A stretch of DNA of 33,962 nucleotides from Malassezia furfur. Its lineage: Eukaryota. This document shows, piece after piece, positions 11,176-22,600 of this stretch (positions are counted from its first letter, which is position 1; each line of letters starts with the position of its first letter). Location of the stretch: assembly GCA_052055015.1 (NCBI GenBank), contig JBQJIT010000078.1. One strand, written 5' to 3'. The position numbers and the translations under genes are program-made. The notes under the pieces are model-generated. The model had not been told where the DNA came from, did no database searches, and saw nothing but the letters and a program-made list of their open reading frames with translations.

Positions 11176-11313
11176 GCTGCCCCAGGACGTGTGCATGTCG
11201 CGCAACGTGGTCGCTCTTCGCACGGGCAGCGCCCACACACCGGCGACGCCGTGGGGTAGATCCGCAATAAATTTCAGGTGATCGACCGACGCGTCTCCAC
11301 CACGTTCACAGCG

Positions 11314-11785
11314 ATGTCGACCACGAAGGACACGAAGCCGAACGCCAGCGAGGCACAGGACGCACAGAAGCCCGAGGGAGCAGAGAAGCCGAGTATCCCG
11401 TCGCTCGGTGCGCTCGACGAGGACGACGAGTTTGAGGAGTTCGAGACCGAAGGTGCGTCGCGGCGCACGACTGACTCCGCAGACTGGCCCGACTCTGAAA
11501 CGGTGCCGAATAGTGCGCAGAACAGTGGCTTCGCGCCAACCGATGGCGCGTCCGTTGCGCTCGATATGAGCGGGTCCGCGCGGTCGGGCGGCGACCACCT
11601 CTGGGAGGACAACTGGGACGACGACGACATTGAGGACGACTTTAGCAATGCACTCCGGTACGTACACAAGCGCCGCACTACGTGAGCTATCTGGCTCCGG
11701 ATGTGTGCGCGTAGCACGGCCGTACAGGACTAACCGCAGCGCCGAGCTCGCCAAGTCAAGTGCGCCCGAGGCGATGGCGACGTAA
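11314..11785 (+). CDS. SEM1: Proteasome/TREX-2 subunit Sem1/Dss1; introns 11453-11482 (30 nt) and 11658-11739 (82 nt)
   Basis: [18 protein letters not shown] ... [26 protein letters not shown] matches the Sem1 signature. Confidence 0.92.
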
Positions 11786-12017
11786 TTGCTGCGCCGCCTC
11801 TGTAGCTTTGCCACTAGGTATCATGGAGATACGAGGAACGCTATACCCTCCTATGTTATACGCCCTGTGCACTGCTCTGCCCGCTGCCGCCACGCGCCGC
11901 CGCCCACCGCGCCACGCACGCCAACGCGCACCGTGCCCTGGCCAGACCCTCCCCCAGAGCCTCGTCACGTGCGTATGAGCACGGGCGGCGCGCGCGAACG
12001 CCTGGTTCGTTGACGAC

Positions 12018-12668
12018 ATGCAGGCAGCCGGCGAGCAGGGGAACGCAGAGGCGGTTGCTGCCGCGGACTCGCACTTGTCCGAGTACGAGTCGCGTGATCA
12101 TGCTGCGTCTGAGGTGCGCGAGGCCGACGGCGAGGATGCCGAGCTCGAGGCCATGAAGCAGCGCGTCGCCGAAATGGAAGCGGAGGCGGCCAAGCTGCGC
12201 GAAATGAACGACGCTGCCGAGAACGAGCTGGGTGGCGCAGGTGCGGCCAGCGCCTTCCCTACCGAGGAAGAGAAGATGGAGGTGGACAGCCGGAGTATCT
12301 ACGTGGGCAACGTACGTCCCTCGGCACTGACGCAGGTCGACTATGGCGCGACGCCCGAAGAGATCCAGCAGCACTTCCAGAGCTGTGGCACAATTAACCG
12401 CGTGACCATCCTGTGCGACAAGTTCACGGGGCACCCCAAGGGCTTTGCGTATGTCGAGTTTGCCGACCCATCGTTCGTGGAGAACGCGTCGGTGCTCAAC
12501 GAGTCGCTTTTCCGTGGGCGCTTGCTCAAGGTCACGCCGAAGCGGACCAACGTTCCTGGCCTCGCGGCGCGTGGCCGCGGGCGCGGGCGGGGGTACCGTG
12601 GCGGATACCGTGGACGCGGTGGTTACCGGCCGCGCGGGTCGTGGCGCGGACGCGGCCGTGGGTACTAG
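12018..12668 (+). CDS. PAB2: Nuclear poly(A)-binding protein Pab2/Sgn1 (coiled coil, RRM, RGG tail); in-frame intron 12312-12335 (24 nt)
   Basis: [74 protein letters not shown], and an RG-rich C-terminus. Confidence 0.92.
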   Translation: MQAAGEQGNAEAVAAADSHLSEYESRDHAASEVREADGEDAELEAMKQRVAEMEAEAAKLREMNDAAENELGGAGAASAFPTEEEKMEVDSRSIYVGNVRPSALTQVDYGATPEEIQQHFQSCGTINRVTILCDKFTGHPKGFAYVEFADPSFVENASVLNESLFRGRLLKVTPKRTNVPGLAARGRGRGRGYRGGYRGRGGYRPRGSWRGRGRGY

Positions 12669-12699
12669 ACTCGCACACGCAGCGCGTAGGAATTCTAGG

Positions 12700-13687
12700 C
12701 TATGAGAACGGCGACAGCAATTCGAATGCCGGCGCCGAGGTCCACTGCAGATAGGACCGGGGGTCATGCACCACAGGCAGCCACGAAAATAGACTCGACA
12801 TGCCATCCGTGTTCGCCGAGCCTCCGCTGGAGAAACGCGGCAGCTGGATGGGCGTCGGCGACGTCTGCTGCCGAATTTCGTCGACAATCGCCTGCGCACG
12901 CCGCTGGCCCAGCTCCTTGGCCGATGGCGAGACCGAGGATGATGTCGATGTCTTGGAAGACGCGACATTGTCCTTGTTCTCGTCGTAGGGCGTCGTATTC
13001 GCTGCATTCGGAGCGAGCGAGTGCGTGGGTTGCTCGAGCGTCTTGCTTTCCTGCTCCTTGGTGCGCTCGTGGTCGCTGCTCTCGAGCGCCCAGCGCATCT
13101 CTTCAACGAGCGGCTTGTTGTCGAGCCAGCCGTGGCGCGCCGCGAGCTTCCACAGGAGCTGCACCGACTCGTTCAGCGAGTAGAGCGTCTGCTCCTGGCC
13201 GGAGCCTGCGGGCGACGGCGCCGGTGCGTCAATGGTCGGTGGATGGTTCCCGTGCGGAATGGTCTCCTTGAGCAATTGGATCTCCTGCCGAAGCTCCTCG
13301 ATGTGGTCGTCGATGCGGTCGCGCGCATGCGCTCGGCTTCGTGACCCTCGGTATGTTTCCCCCACAATTAATGCGGCAGCCACAAAGAAGAGAAAGCCCT
13401 CAGAGATGGCGTTGGCGCCATTCGTGATGGCCTGATGTGAGTGCATTCGCGTACCTTGGAGTCGTTCAGCGGGCGGATCTTGAGCTTTTCCGAGCCCGGC
13501 ACGAGGTTGGCACGCAGGCGCATTTCCGTGCGGTGCATCTTCTGGGCAAGCTCGATGCAAATCTGCGTAAGCGCGCGTGGCGTACCTTGCGGAACGTCTC
13601 ATCCTGCGTAGCACGCTGCTTGAGACTTGTCGCAATGGGCTTCGCGAGCGTACGGATCGCAAGCGTGACGAGTTTCGCGGTCGCCAT
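12700..13687 (-). CDS. OPA3: OPA3-like mitochondrial protein; introns 13563-13585 and 13432-13454 (23 nt each)
   Basis: MATAKLVTLAIRTLAKPIATSLKQRATQDETFRK|ICIELAQKMHRTEMRLR..KIRPLNDSK|AITNGANAISEGFLFFVAAALIVGETYR. Confidence 0.88.
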
Positions 13688-13822
13688 CGTTCGGACGCAG
13701 GCGGCGGGGGCAAAGGACGTGGCGCCTCCACAACACGGACCAAGTCCGCACGCGCCACCCGCGCTGCGCGGTCGGTGGCGCCCTGCTCGGCTCGGGGTGC
13801 GCTGGTTGTATGTCTCTATACT

Positions 13823-15541
13823 CTATCCGGACCACTCGATGGTCTTCAAATCAATCCCGTCCTGCACCATCTCCCACAGGGGACTCAGCTCACGCAGGCG
13901 GTTGACGACCGCCACAATCTTGTCGCACACAAAGTCGATCTCCTCGGCGGTCGTGAAGCGGCCAATGCCGAAACGCAGACTCGAGTGCGCATTCGCATCA
14001 TCAAGGCCAAGCGCACGCAGCACGTACGACGGCTCAAGCGACGCCGACGTGCACGCCGAGCCAGACGACAGGCAGATATCCTTGAGCGCCATCAGCAGCG
14101 ACTCGCCCTCAATGTACTGGAACGTGAGGTTTGTGCAGCCGGGGTAGCCCTCGGGGTCGCCGTTGAGCAGCACCATCTCGACACGCGACATGATGTTGTC
14201 GCGCAGGCGCTTGGCCAGTGCAGAAATGTGCGCGTGATCGTACTGTTGGTCAGCCTTGTTCACCCATGATGCCTGTGCGACGCGTCTCAAGTTCCCTGCA
14301 GTAGCCAGGGCCGCACACATCGGCGCTGCGCGCCTTCGTGATGAAGCACGCCACCTCGACCCACAGCGGACAAGGCCCGTGCAGCGTGTCGGTGGCGTAC
14401 AGCATGCACCAAGTGGCCCTGTGTGGTCTCATCTTTGACACGCGCACAGGCTTTGTATACGTACCGCCATCTCCTCCTTGGCGAGGCGCGCGGCCTCGCC
14501 GAAGCCAACAACGAGCGGCGTAGCGAGCGTGCCGCTACGCAGGCCACGCTCCTGGCCACCGCCCGAGATGATCGCCTCCAGACGCACACGCGGACGGCGG
14601 CGCACAAAGCACGCACCAATGCCCTTGGGGCCGTACAGCTTGTGGCTCGACATGCTCATCAGATCAATGCCGGCCTCGTTGACGTCGATCGGAATTTTGC
14701 CGAGCGCCTGTGCCGCGTCCGTGTGGAAGAAAGGCTTGGGCGTACCGCGGCCGAGCTCCTTGGCGAGGTCCGCGCCGTACGTCTTGAGCAGCTGGCCAAT
14801 CTCCTTGATCGGCTGGATCACGCCAATCTCGTTGTTCACCGTCATGATCGACACAATGGCCGTCGTCGGACGCAGCGCGGCCTTGAGGTCGTCCAGGTTG
14901 ATCTGGCCGTTGCTCTGCACCGGCAGGTAGGTCACCTCGAAGCCCTCCTCCTGGAGCGCACGGCACGAGTCGAGCACACACTTGTGCTCGGTCTGCGTGG
15001 TGATAATGTGGTTCTTCTTCGACTTGTAGAAGCGCGCCACACCCTTGAGCGCCATGTTGTTGCTCTCGGTGGCGCCCGAGGTGAAGATGACCTCCTTGGG
15101 GTCGGCGTGAATCAGATCCGCAATGTGCTTGCGGCCCTGCTCGGCGGCCGACTCCGTCTCCCAGCCATAGGCGTGGGTGCGCGAGTGGGGATTGCCAAAC
15201 TGGTTGATGTAGTAGGGCAGCATGGCGTCCAGAACACGCGGGTCGGTCGGCGTCGTCGACTGCGCATCGAGGTAGATGGGGCGGCTAGCCGGGCGCTCGC
15301 CCGTCTCGCCCTCCATCGCATGGCTAAAGATCTCCTCGCGGCTCACGGGATGCATATCGCCGTCCGCCTCGTCGTTCGCCACACGACCCTTCGCGCGGTT
15401 GGCGTTGACAATCATCGCCATCGCCGGCTGCGACGACGGTGCAACATAGCCACGCCGAAGAACAGGCGCCCGTGCACCAAGCGCCTGGCGGTATACTGGC
15501 CTTGTGGCAGAGATGCCCCATCGGAGCGAGCTAGCGAGCAT
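13823..15541 (-). CDS. NFS1: Cysteine desulfurase Nfs1; intron 14243-14464 (222 nt)
   Basis: [39 protein letters not shown]-lysine motif [10 protein letters not shown], catalytic SSGSACTS. Splicing gives EEMA|YDHAHI. Start assumed at MLASSLRW (presequence). Confidence 0.95.
14271..14451 (-). other. Nested-stem structured RNA element inside the NFS1 intron (candidate intronic ncRNA or splicing regulator)
   Basis: Inverted repeats 14271-14279/14443-14451, 14281-14290/14435-14444 (one mismatch; shares 14443-14444 with the first stem), 14306-14312/14415-14421 and 14348-14355/14391-14398. Confidence 0.55.
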
Positions 15542-15664
15542 GCTGGCCGGTGTCGAAAACGTAGCGGCCACTGCGCCGACCCCAAGTTCGGCCGAACTGT
15601 CGCGTGGCACAAGGGGCCTGCGCACACACCGGCCATAGTATGAATACAGACGTGGGCTATCGCG

Positions 15665-16710
15665 CTAAAACGTCTCGGTCTCATCCAACGGCTCCGCCTG
15701 AGTGTGTGAGCACGGAGTTGTGGCGTGCATACGTACCTGGTCAACCACATCGGGAAGCTCGAAGCCCTCCTCGGTCTGGTACAGCACACCTTGGATCTGC
15801 TTCAGCGTCTCGGTCTCGGCGGCCACCGCCTTCTCGTCGCTGTCCGACGCCTCGGCGGTCCGCGCCAGGTCCGCAAGGCGCTCCTGCACCAGCACCTCGA
15901 CGTCCCGTAGCTTTCCAAAGTAAAAGTCGCGCTCGCGCTCCAGGCTGTCCACGCTGACTTTCATCTCGTCAATCTCCGCAGTGAGCTGGTTGATCGTCTC
16001 GTTGGAGATCGCCGCAGACGATGCACCGCGTCCCGGCGCACCACCGCGCGCCATCGACATGCGCCGTGCCGCGGGGTTCGCAGCGGCCGCCGTGCGCGGC
16101 GTACTCGCACCCCCGGCCACACTCGGGCGCGGCGCAGCACTAGGGCGCGGCGCCACACTCGGACGCGGCGCCGTGCTGTGCCGCGGCACGGGGGGGACCG
16201 TGCCTTGTCGCGACACAGTCGACTGCCGCGACGCGGTGCCTGCACGCGCGCCCATACTCTGCCGGCGCCCGGCCATGCTCGCCGCCGAGCCCGCCCGCGA
16301 CGGCGCCGCAGCGCGCCGCGCATCCGCATCGTATCCGTCGCCTGCGTAGTTGGTGTCCCAAAATTTCTTGAGCCACTGCAGAAACTCGAGGTTGTCCTGC
16401 ATCTTGCAGCGCACTAGCCGGTCGACGGGGATCGGCTTGTCGATGCGGTTACGCTGGAACACGGTCTGCAGGATCTTGTAGTTGGCCATCGACTCATACT
16501 CATGCTTGGCAGCGTAGTTGATGCGCGACATGGGCACGTTGCCTGCGCGTCAGCACACACACCTACCGTAAATGGAGTCAATCACCTGCGCATAGGCGGC
16601 GCCTGCGTCAGAAACACACACATACCATTTCCGCACTGCTCTACCTTTGTGTAGTTGAGTGCAAGCAGCTCATTGATCCACGCGATCAGTTCCGTACGCG
16701 AAGCCGACAT
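15665..16710 (-). CDS. BIM1: Microtubule end-binding protein EB1/Bim1/Mal3; introns 16603-16625, 16543-16566, 15698-15736
   Basis: MSASRTELIAWINELLALNYTKVEQCGNG|AAYAQVIDSIYG|NVPMSRINY, CKMQDNLEFLQWLKKFWD, LERERDFYFGKLRDVE, and an acidic ETETF C-terminus. Confidence 0.95.
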
Positions 16711-16786
16711 GACCACGACGCGGACGAGCCGAGGAACGACACCAACACTTGCGCCGCCGCGCGTGCATCACGTGATCCAGCACGTG

Positions 16787-17975
16787 TTACGGTACGCTAT
16801 AGAGCCAAATGGGCGTCGTGCGCGCGGCAGCCCCCGCGCCAGGGCCGCTCGCGGCCATTTCGGTGCCGCTGTACGCCAACAGCAGGCGCGACGGGTGCCA
16901 CGCCACTGTATTGATCGTAGCCGAGACGGGAATTTTGTGGGCGACTCGGTTGGATGCCATAGACATCTGCGGTGAGCCAGGCATAGTACGCACAATATGC
17001 AGCGCGGCGTCTTCGCCGCCGGCCGCGAGCCACTCGCCATCGAACGAGAAATCGAGGCTGCGCGCAGGGAACTTGAGCGAGGAAAAGACGTGCAGCGACT
17101 CCCACTCGGCCGCGTCCCAGATGGCAATGGTGCTGTCGGCCGCACCCGTCGCGACGACGCGCGACGTCGGGTCCCAGTTAATGCAGAACACAGCGGCAGG
17201 GTGCACGGGGCGCGTCATGACGCACTCCCAGTCCATCGAGGCATCCAAATTGCCCTCACGCAGCTGCGTAGGCACGCGCAGGAAACGGATCTGTCCGCTG
17301 CCCATCGGCAGCAGCAACAGGGAGCCGTCCGGTGACCACGCCAGCTCATTGATCTGCGTCAGCCGTAAGTGTGCGTACCTCTTCACGGTCCGTAGCGCCA
17401 TCTTTGATGGTGCGCACCAGCGAGCCCTGCTGCGCGTCCACAAGCACCACCGTCTCGCTCTTGTCACCGGCCGTCAGGTAGCGTCCGTCGGGGCTGTATG
17501 CAAGGTTGATATTGCTCCCCGGCGTATGAATTACGTTGGCTGCTGCCGGCGCACGCAGGTCCCATAACCGCACCGTCTTGTCCGTGCTGCCCGTTGCCAA
17601 CAGCGCAGGGTGCGCCGGGTTGCAGGCGACGGCCGAAATCTGGTCGCTGTGTCCCACGAGTTCTTTGCTACTGCGCACGTCGTGCTGCGTCAGAAAGGCC
17701 ACGTACGCTTCGCTCGGGGTACCACACACGCGCGATGCGGTCGTGCCCACCGCTAACGAGCGCGTCGCCGTCCGAGGTCCACGCCAGCGCACGGATCCCC
17801 AGACGGTGCCCGCCGCGCAGCTCTTTGGGCGTAGGCGACGAGGCGAACGGCGGATACTGCGTCAGCCCACGGCACCTACCGACATCCCGCGACGCGTGAA
17901 GAACGATGCATCCGAGTACTCGTCCTCAATCGCGCCCGCACGCCGCTCCGGCGCGCTGTGTGCCATGGCGGCCAT
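16787..17975 (-). CDS. TEX1: THO/TREX WD40 subunit Tex1/THOC3-like; introns 17857-17879, 17685-17706, 17354-17378, 16967-16993; start may be 17966
   Basis: Spliced WD40 protein: ELVGHSDQISAVACNPAHPALLATGSTDKTVRLWDLR, GSNINLAYSPDGRYLTAGDKSE, VATGAADSTIAIWD, RSLDFSFDGEWLAAGGED, INTVAWHPSRLLLAYSG. Confidence 0.82.
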
Positions 17976-18012
17976 CGCGTACCCAAGTTTGCCTCGGCCG
18001 ATACTACTCACG

Positions 18013-19538
18013 CTACTTGGGCCGTGCGAGGGCACGAAGCAACTCGCGCGCGTCGGCGTGCGGCACGGCCGGCTCGGGCGGCCCACCCTCGCTCGGCGCA
18101 CGCACGCCGGCGAGCAGCGCATCCAGGCGCTGCTGCTCGCTCGGCTCCGTGGCATCTTCCTCGCCTTGCGGCACCGCAAACGACGCGAGACCGGCCGAAG
18201 TCCGCTCATGCAGCGCCTGCGACGCCCGCGTCGCGACTTGGCCTAGGTACTTGGCCGCCAGCGCATCCAGCTGCACCGCAGCATGCAGCCGCATCTCGAT
18301 TTCGTCCGCACGAAGCTCGAGGGTGCGCAGGTGCGCGTCCGTCTCGGTGCCGGGGATTTCGCTGCCCGGCTCCTGCGCGCGCTTGGCGAGCGCCGCGGCA
18401 TTTAGGTCGTGCGCGGTCTGCAAAACCTCGTCGGCAAGCGCCAGCTGCGTGCGAGTCGCCTCGTCAAGGTCTTCTGCGGTCCACAGTACACCGCTCTCGA
18501 CGTCCTCAGTGGCCCGGCTCGCGAGCGCCGCGTCGATCTCGGCAGCGATCGCGTCGTCCTCGTCGGCGTCGTCGTCTGACGCAGGCGCGCGCCGCTTGTC
18601 TTTGGCACTTTGCTCATGCACCTCGGCCGCGAGCTGCGTGTAGCGCTCGGCCTCGGCCTGGATGCGCTGCAGGTTGTCTTCCTGAGCCTCCCACGCTGCC
18701 AGCTCGGCGTGGAGTTGCTGCTGCATGCCCTCGAGCTGCTGCGCGGCATGCGCATTGGACTGGTTGCGCGGGTGGGGCTGCAGCGACCGTGGCTCGTGGC
18801 CCTTGGACTGGTTCAGCCAGCTGATCCCGATCAGGCCGTCGTTCAGGTCACGGAGGGTATCGTCAATTACCTTGCGCAGCATCGGCGCCGTCTCGGCGAG
18901 TTTCTGCTTCTCTTGCTCGCTCAGTGCACGTGCGGCATGGGGGGGTATCGCGTGCAGCAGGGCGAGCTCGGCGTTGTGCGCCGCCGCCTTGCCGAGGCGC
19001 GGCATGGGCGCCTCACCGAGCGCTTGGGGGATGCTGCGGTGCAGCGTCCAGTTCAGCAGGTGTTTCATCCGGACCACGGGCGGCGCTTGGTCACTCAGAT
19101 GACGGTACAGCGCCTGGTCGGGCACGTCAATGTGGGGGTATGCAGGCGTGCCGTCGCGCAGGCTCGACATGCGCCGCAGGCCCTTGACGTTGATGCTGTT
19201 GCGTCGCGCGACCGGCGGACGCGTCGGGCGTGCCGGGCGCGGCGCGACAGGCTCGGGCGCGGCGCGGGCAGGTGCCCGGCTCGGTCCCGGCTGGGAGGAT
19301 TCGCGGATAAACACGAGATCGTCGACCACCTCTTCGCGGAGCGCTGTGTGAGCGGGCGCGACCTACCTTTGCTCGGCCGGGGCGCGTCGGTGTCGTGGTG
19401 TGCGCTGCGCTTTTCCCGTGCGGGCGCGACGCGCTCGATGTGTGCCGAAAACGAGTCGTCTGCCTGTGCGCTGCCAGCGCGCTGTGTTGCGCCCTCGGCG
19501 TGCGCGCGCCGCCGCGGGCTCCTCCGCACTCCGGACAT
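18013..19538 (-). CDS. DSN1: Kinetochore Mis12/MIND complex subunit Dsn1/Mis13; intron 19344-19366 (23 nt)
   Basis: RRNSINVKGLRRMSSL (Aurora B-type sites), PHIDVPDQALYRHLSDQAPPVVRMKHLLNW, QPHPRNQSN, then a coiled coil. Confidence 0.8.
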
Positions 19539-19602
19539 GACGCGAAGCACGGAGCGCGGCGCGTGTTTGCGCGCTCGTCGGCACATATCACGTGATTAGA
19601 GC

Positions 19603-22600
19603 CTATGATGGGGTATCCCAAGCACGGTCTTGGGCGTACTGGTCCAGGATGTGCACGATGCCCGTCGTAAGCGCCTCGAACTCTTCGATCTCGCGCTTCG
19701 ACAGGCTGCGGTCGACGGGTGTTTTGTTTTGCAGGAGCTGGTCGAGGTTGTCCTCGCCGTCTTCATCGTCCGAGTTCCACGAATCGAGTGTGGTGTTGGC
19801 CGCAAGCAGCAGTTCGCTGCCCGGCTTGTTGTCCACGCGCGCCTCGGCTTCTGCCTGGTCGCGCGCCTGCGCCTGCGGGGGACGGCGTTTGCCGATGCCT
19901 TCGAGTACACGCAGCATGCACGCGTCCATCACCGCCTTGAGCCGCTCGAGCGTGTCGAGCGCGTCGTAGCTGCCCGACACGGGCAGCCAGTTGTCGCACT
20001 CGAGGCCGTGGCCGAGCGCGCGCGCCTCGGTCGCGCCGAACAGGATGTAGTTGAGTAGATCGAGGCGTGTGCACCCGCGCAAGAAGGTCATCGCATTGCC
20101 GCTCGACCCGCTCGTGATCGTCGACGTGTTGCGCACCTTTTCGGCGAACGCAAAGAGCTCCTTTTCAGCGCCCACTGACACCTCGGGCTTGTCCTTGGTG
20201 AACTTGGCGTGGCACACGCTCGACGGGTGCACGAAACACGACTTGTCCTGCGAAGTGCGATACGATTTTTCACCGGCCTTGATGGCAAAGTTGGGCGAGT
20301 TGGCCACGGCAATCAGCGACACGAGCAGCGGAAGGCTGTGTGCGTTGATGTTGAATTCGGGGTCCGTCTCGCGCACACGCCGGCGGTACTTGGGCGTCAT
20401 CGAGGTCGAGTTGCGGATGACCTGGATGATTTGGGCCTTGTCCAGACTCTGGAACAGGTTCTGCTTCACCTGCAGAATCTGCATCATCGTCGGACGGCTC
20501 AGCATGTTGGTCGTCAAAAAACGATTGGCTTGTGAGGAACTGACGGATTGCAATCGTGTCCATTCCGTAAACGCGTTCAGCACACAGATGGGGTCGGAAC
20601 GGAACATGGGGGGGCAGAAACTGTCTTTGATTTCGTTCGCCTCTTTCTTCAAGTGGATCGGCGCCATGAACGGGTCGCGGTTCGTGAGGATCGCCGCGAG
20701 CGTCAGCACCGGGTCGAGGCAGCGGAAAAAGGCGCCGTATAGGCACATTTTGCCGATCGACACGTCCAGCGGCAGCTGCAGCAGCACCTTACCGAGCGAC
20801 GTGAGGTTTTGGTGGTAGTCCAGTGCGCCGATCCGCTCAAGGTCCTGCATCGCCGCCCGCACACGCTCGACGGCGGGCGGCTCGATCGCGGCCTCGAGCA
20901 CATCCTCGACACTCATGCCGGGAATGTCGAGCGCCTTGATGTGCATCACGACGTTGCTCAGATCGACGCGCTTCATCTCCACGGTCTGGTTCACAGCGAG
21001 CGCATCGTAGCGCGCGCGGGACAGCACACCAAAGTACTGCCCAGGGCGGTGACGGCCCGCGCGGCCCGCACGCTGGTTCAGGTTGGACGTGCCCACCCAC
21101 GCTGACACGAGGCTCGACAGACGGCGCTCGGGGTCGTAGCGCTTCTCCTTGACGCGGCCCGAGTCGATGACGTACACCACGTCGGGGATCGTGATCGAGG
21201 TCTCGGCGATGTTGGTCGCCAGGATGATGCGGCGGATGTTTTCATGACGGACAGGCTCAAACACGGCCTGTTGGTCCTGGACGGGGACCGAGGAATGGAG
21301 GACATGAATCTCGTATTGGTTGGGGTCGTTCAAGGGCAGACCCAGCAGCGGCTGGGCCGTGGTGTTCAGCAGGATTTGGTGCACTGCCTTGATCTCGTCC
21401 CAGCCCGGCAAGAAGACCAGCACGTGGCCATCGTCCGAGCGCGTCAGCACGTCGGCAATCATGAGCGCAATCAGGGGGTACGGCAGCTCCAGGTCGTCAA
21501 TCGCCGCCGAGACGCCCGGCACCACACCACCACGCTGCGTGATCTCGCGGTGGATGTAGTCGCGCACATTCTTCTCCTGCCACACCCATCCGCCGCGGTT
21601 GCGGGGCAGTTGCAGCGCCTGCAGGTGCGCGTATGTCTCGTCCAGGTAGTTCTTCTCCACCGGGAAACTGCGTCCAGGGATGTCGACGACCGGCGCCGGG
21701 CGGTGGTTCGCCGAGAGCTCCGCAAAGTAGTTCTGGAACAGCGTCGGGTCCACCGTCGCGCTCATCAGCACCAGCTTGATTTCGGGCTTGCCGAGCCGCT
21801 GGCGCTCCGCCAGCAGACGCTTGATAACCACCAGCAGCAGGTCGGTCTCGACGTCACGCTCGTGCACCTCGTCCATCACCACGTGCGTGATGCTGTCCAG
21901 GAACGTCTCCGTCTCGGTGCCGGCCTGGCCATTCACACTCTCGCCCAGCGCCGTCTGCAGGCGGCGCAAAAAGACACCCGTCGTGCAGAAGGTGATGGAG
22001 CCATTTGGCTGCGGCAGCTTGTGGTCAAAGCGCACCTGATAGCCGACGGTCTGGCCCACCGACTCCCCGCGCTCCTTGGCGACGCGCTGCGCGACACTGA
22101 TGGCAGCGATACGGCGCGGCTGCGTGCACACAATGTTGCAGCGCGAGCCTTGGCCACGCAGGATGTAGTCGTCCAGCAGAATCTGAGGGACCTGCGTCGT
22201 CTTGCCCGAGCCGGTCGCGGCCATGCACACCGTGACCTGGTTCAGCTCGATCTTGACCAGCAGATCGCCCGACTTTTGCATCACCGGCAGCGAATGCCGC
22301 TGCGCGCGGATCTGCGCCACACGGTCCTCCACCTGGTAGGCGTTCAGCGCCGAGAGCATTTTCGTCGACTTTTCTTCGTGTTGCTTCGCGCTGAGCTTAG
22401 GGAAGGGACGGTACTCGCGGCGCGGCTCGACGGCCTGCTCCCTGACGTGGTATGCGGCTGTCGTGCGCGGACGCTTGGAGTACACTTCGGAGCGCCGCGC
22501 ACTATCGTACAAGTTGCGCATCTGCTCCTCGAGCTCGTTTGAGATGTGGAAGGACACGTGCGGGGCCCGGCCGATTGACATGCCGGGCTTGTACGTCGCA

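Noticed and set aside
14243..14464. TPP riboswitch in the NFS1 intron (TGAGA and GAACTTGA present on the - strand)
   Set aside because: The downstream P4/P5 sequence (GAUCxGGxUAAUxCCxGCG) and the expected spacing are absent.
16110..16180. 18-bp-period repeat in BIM1
   Set aside because: It encodes an APRPS low-complexity linker of EB1 and is not a mobile element or array.
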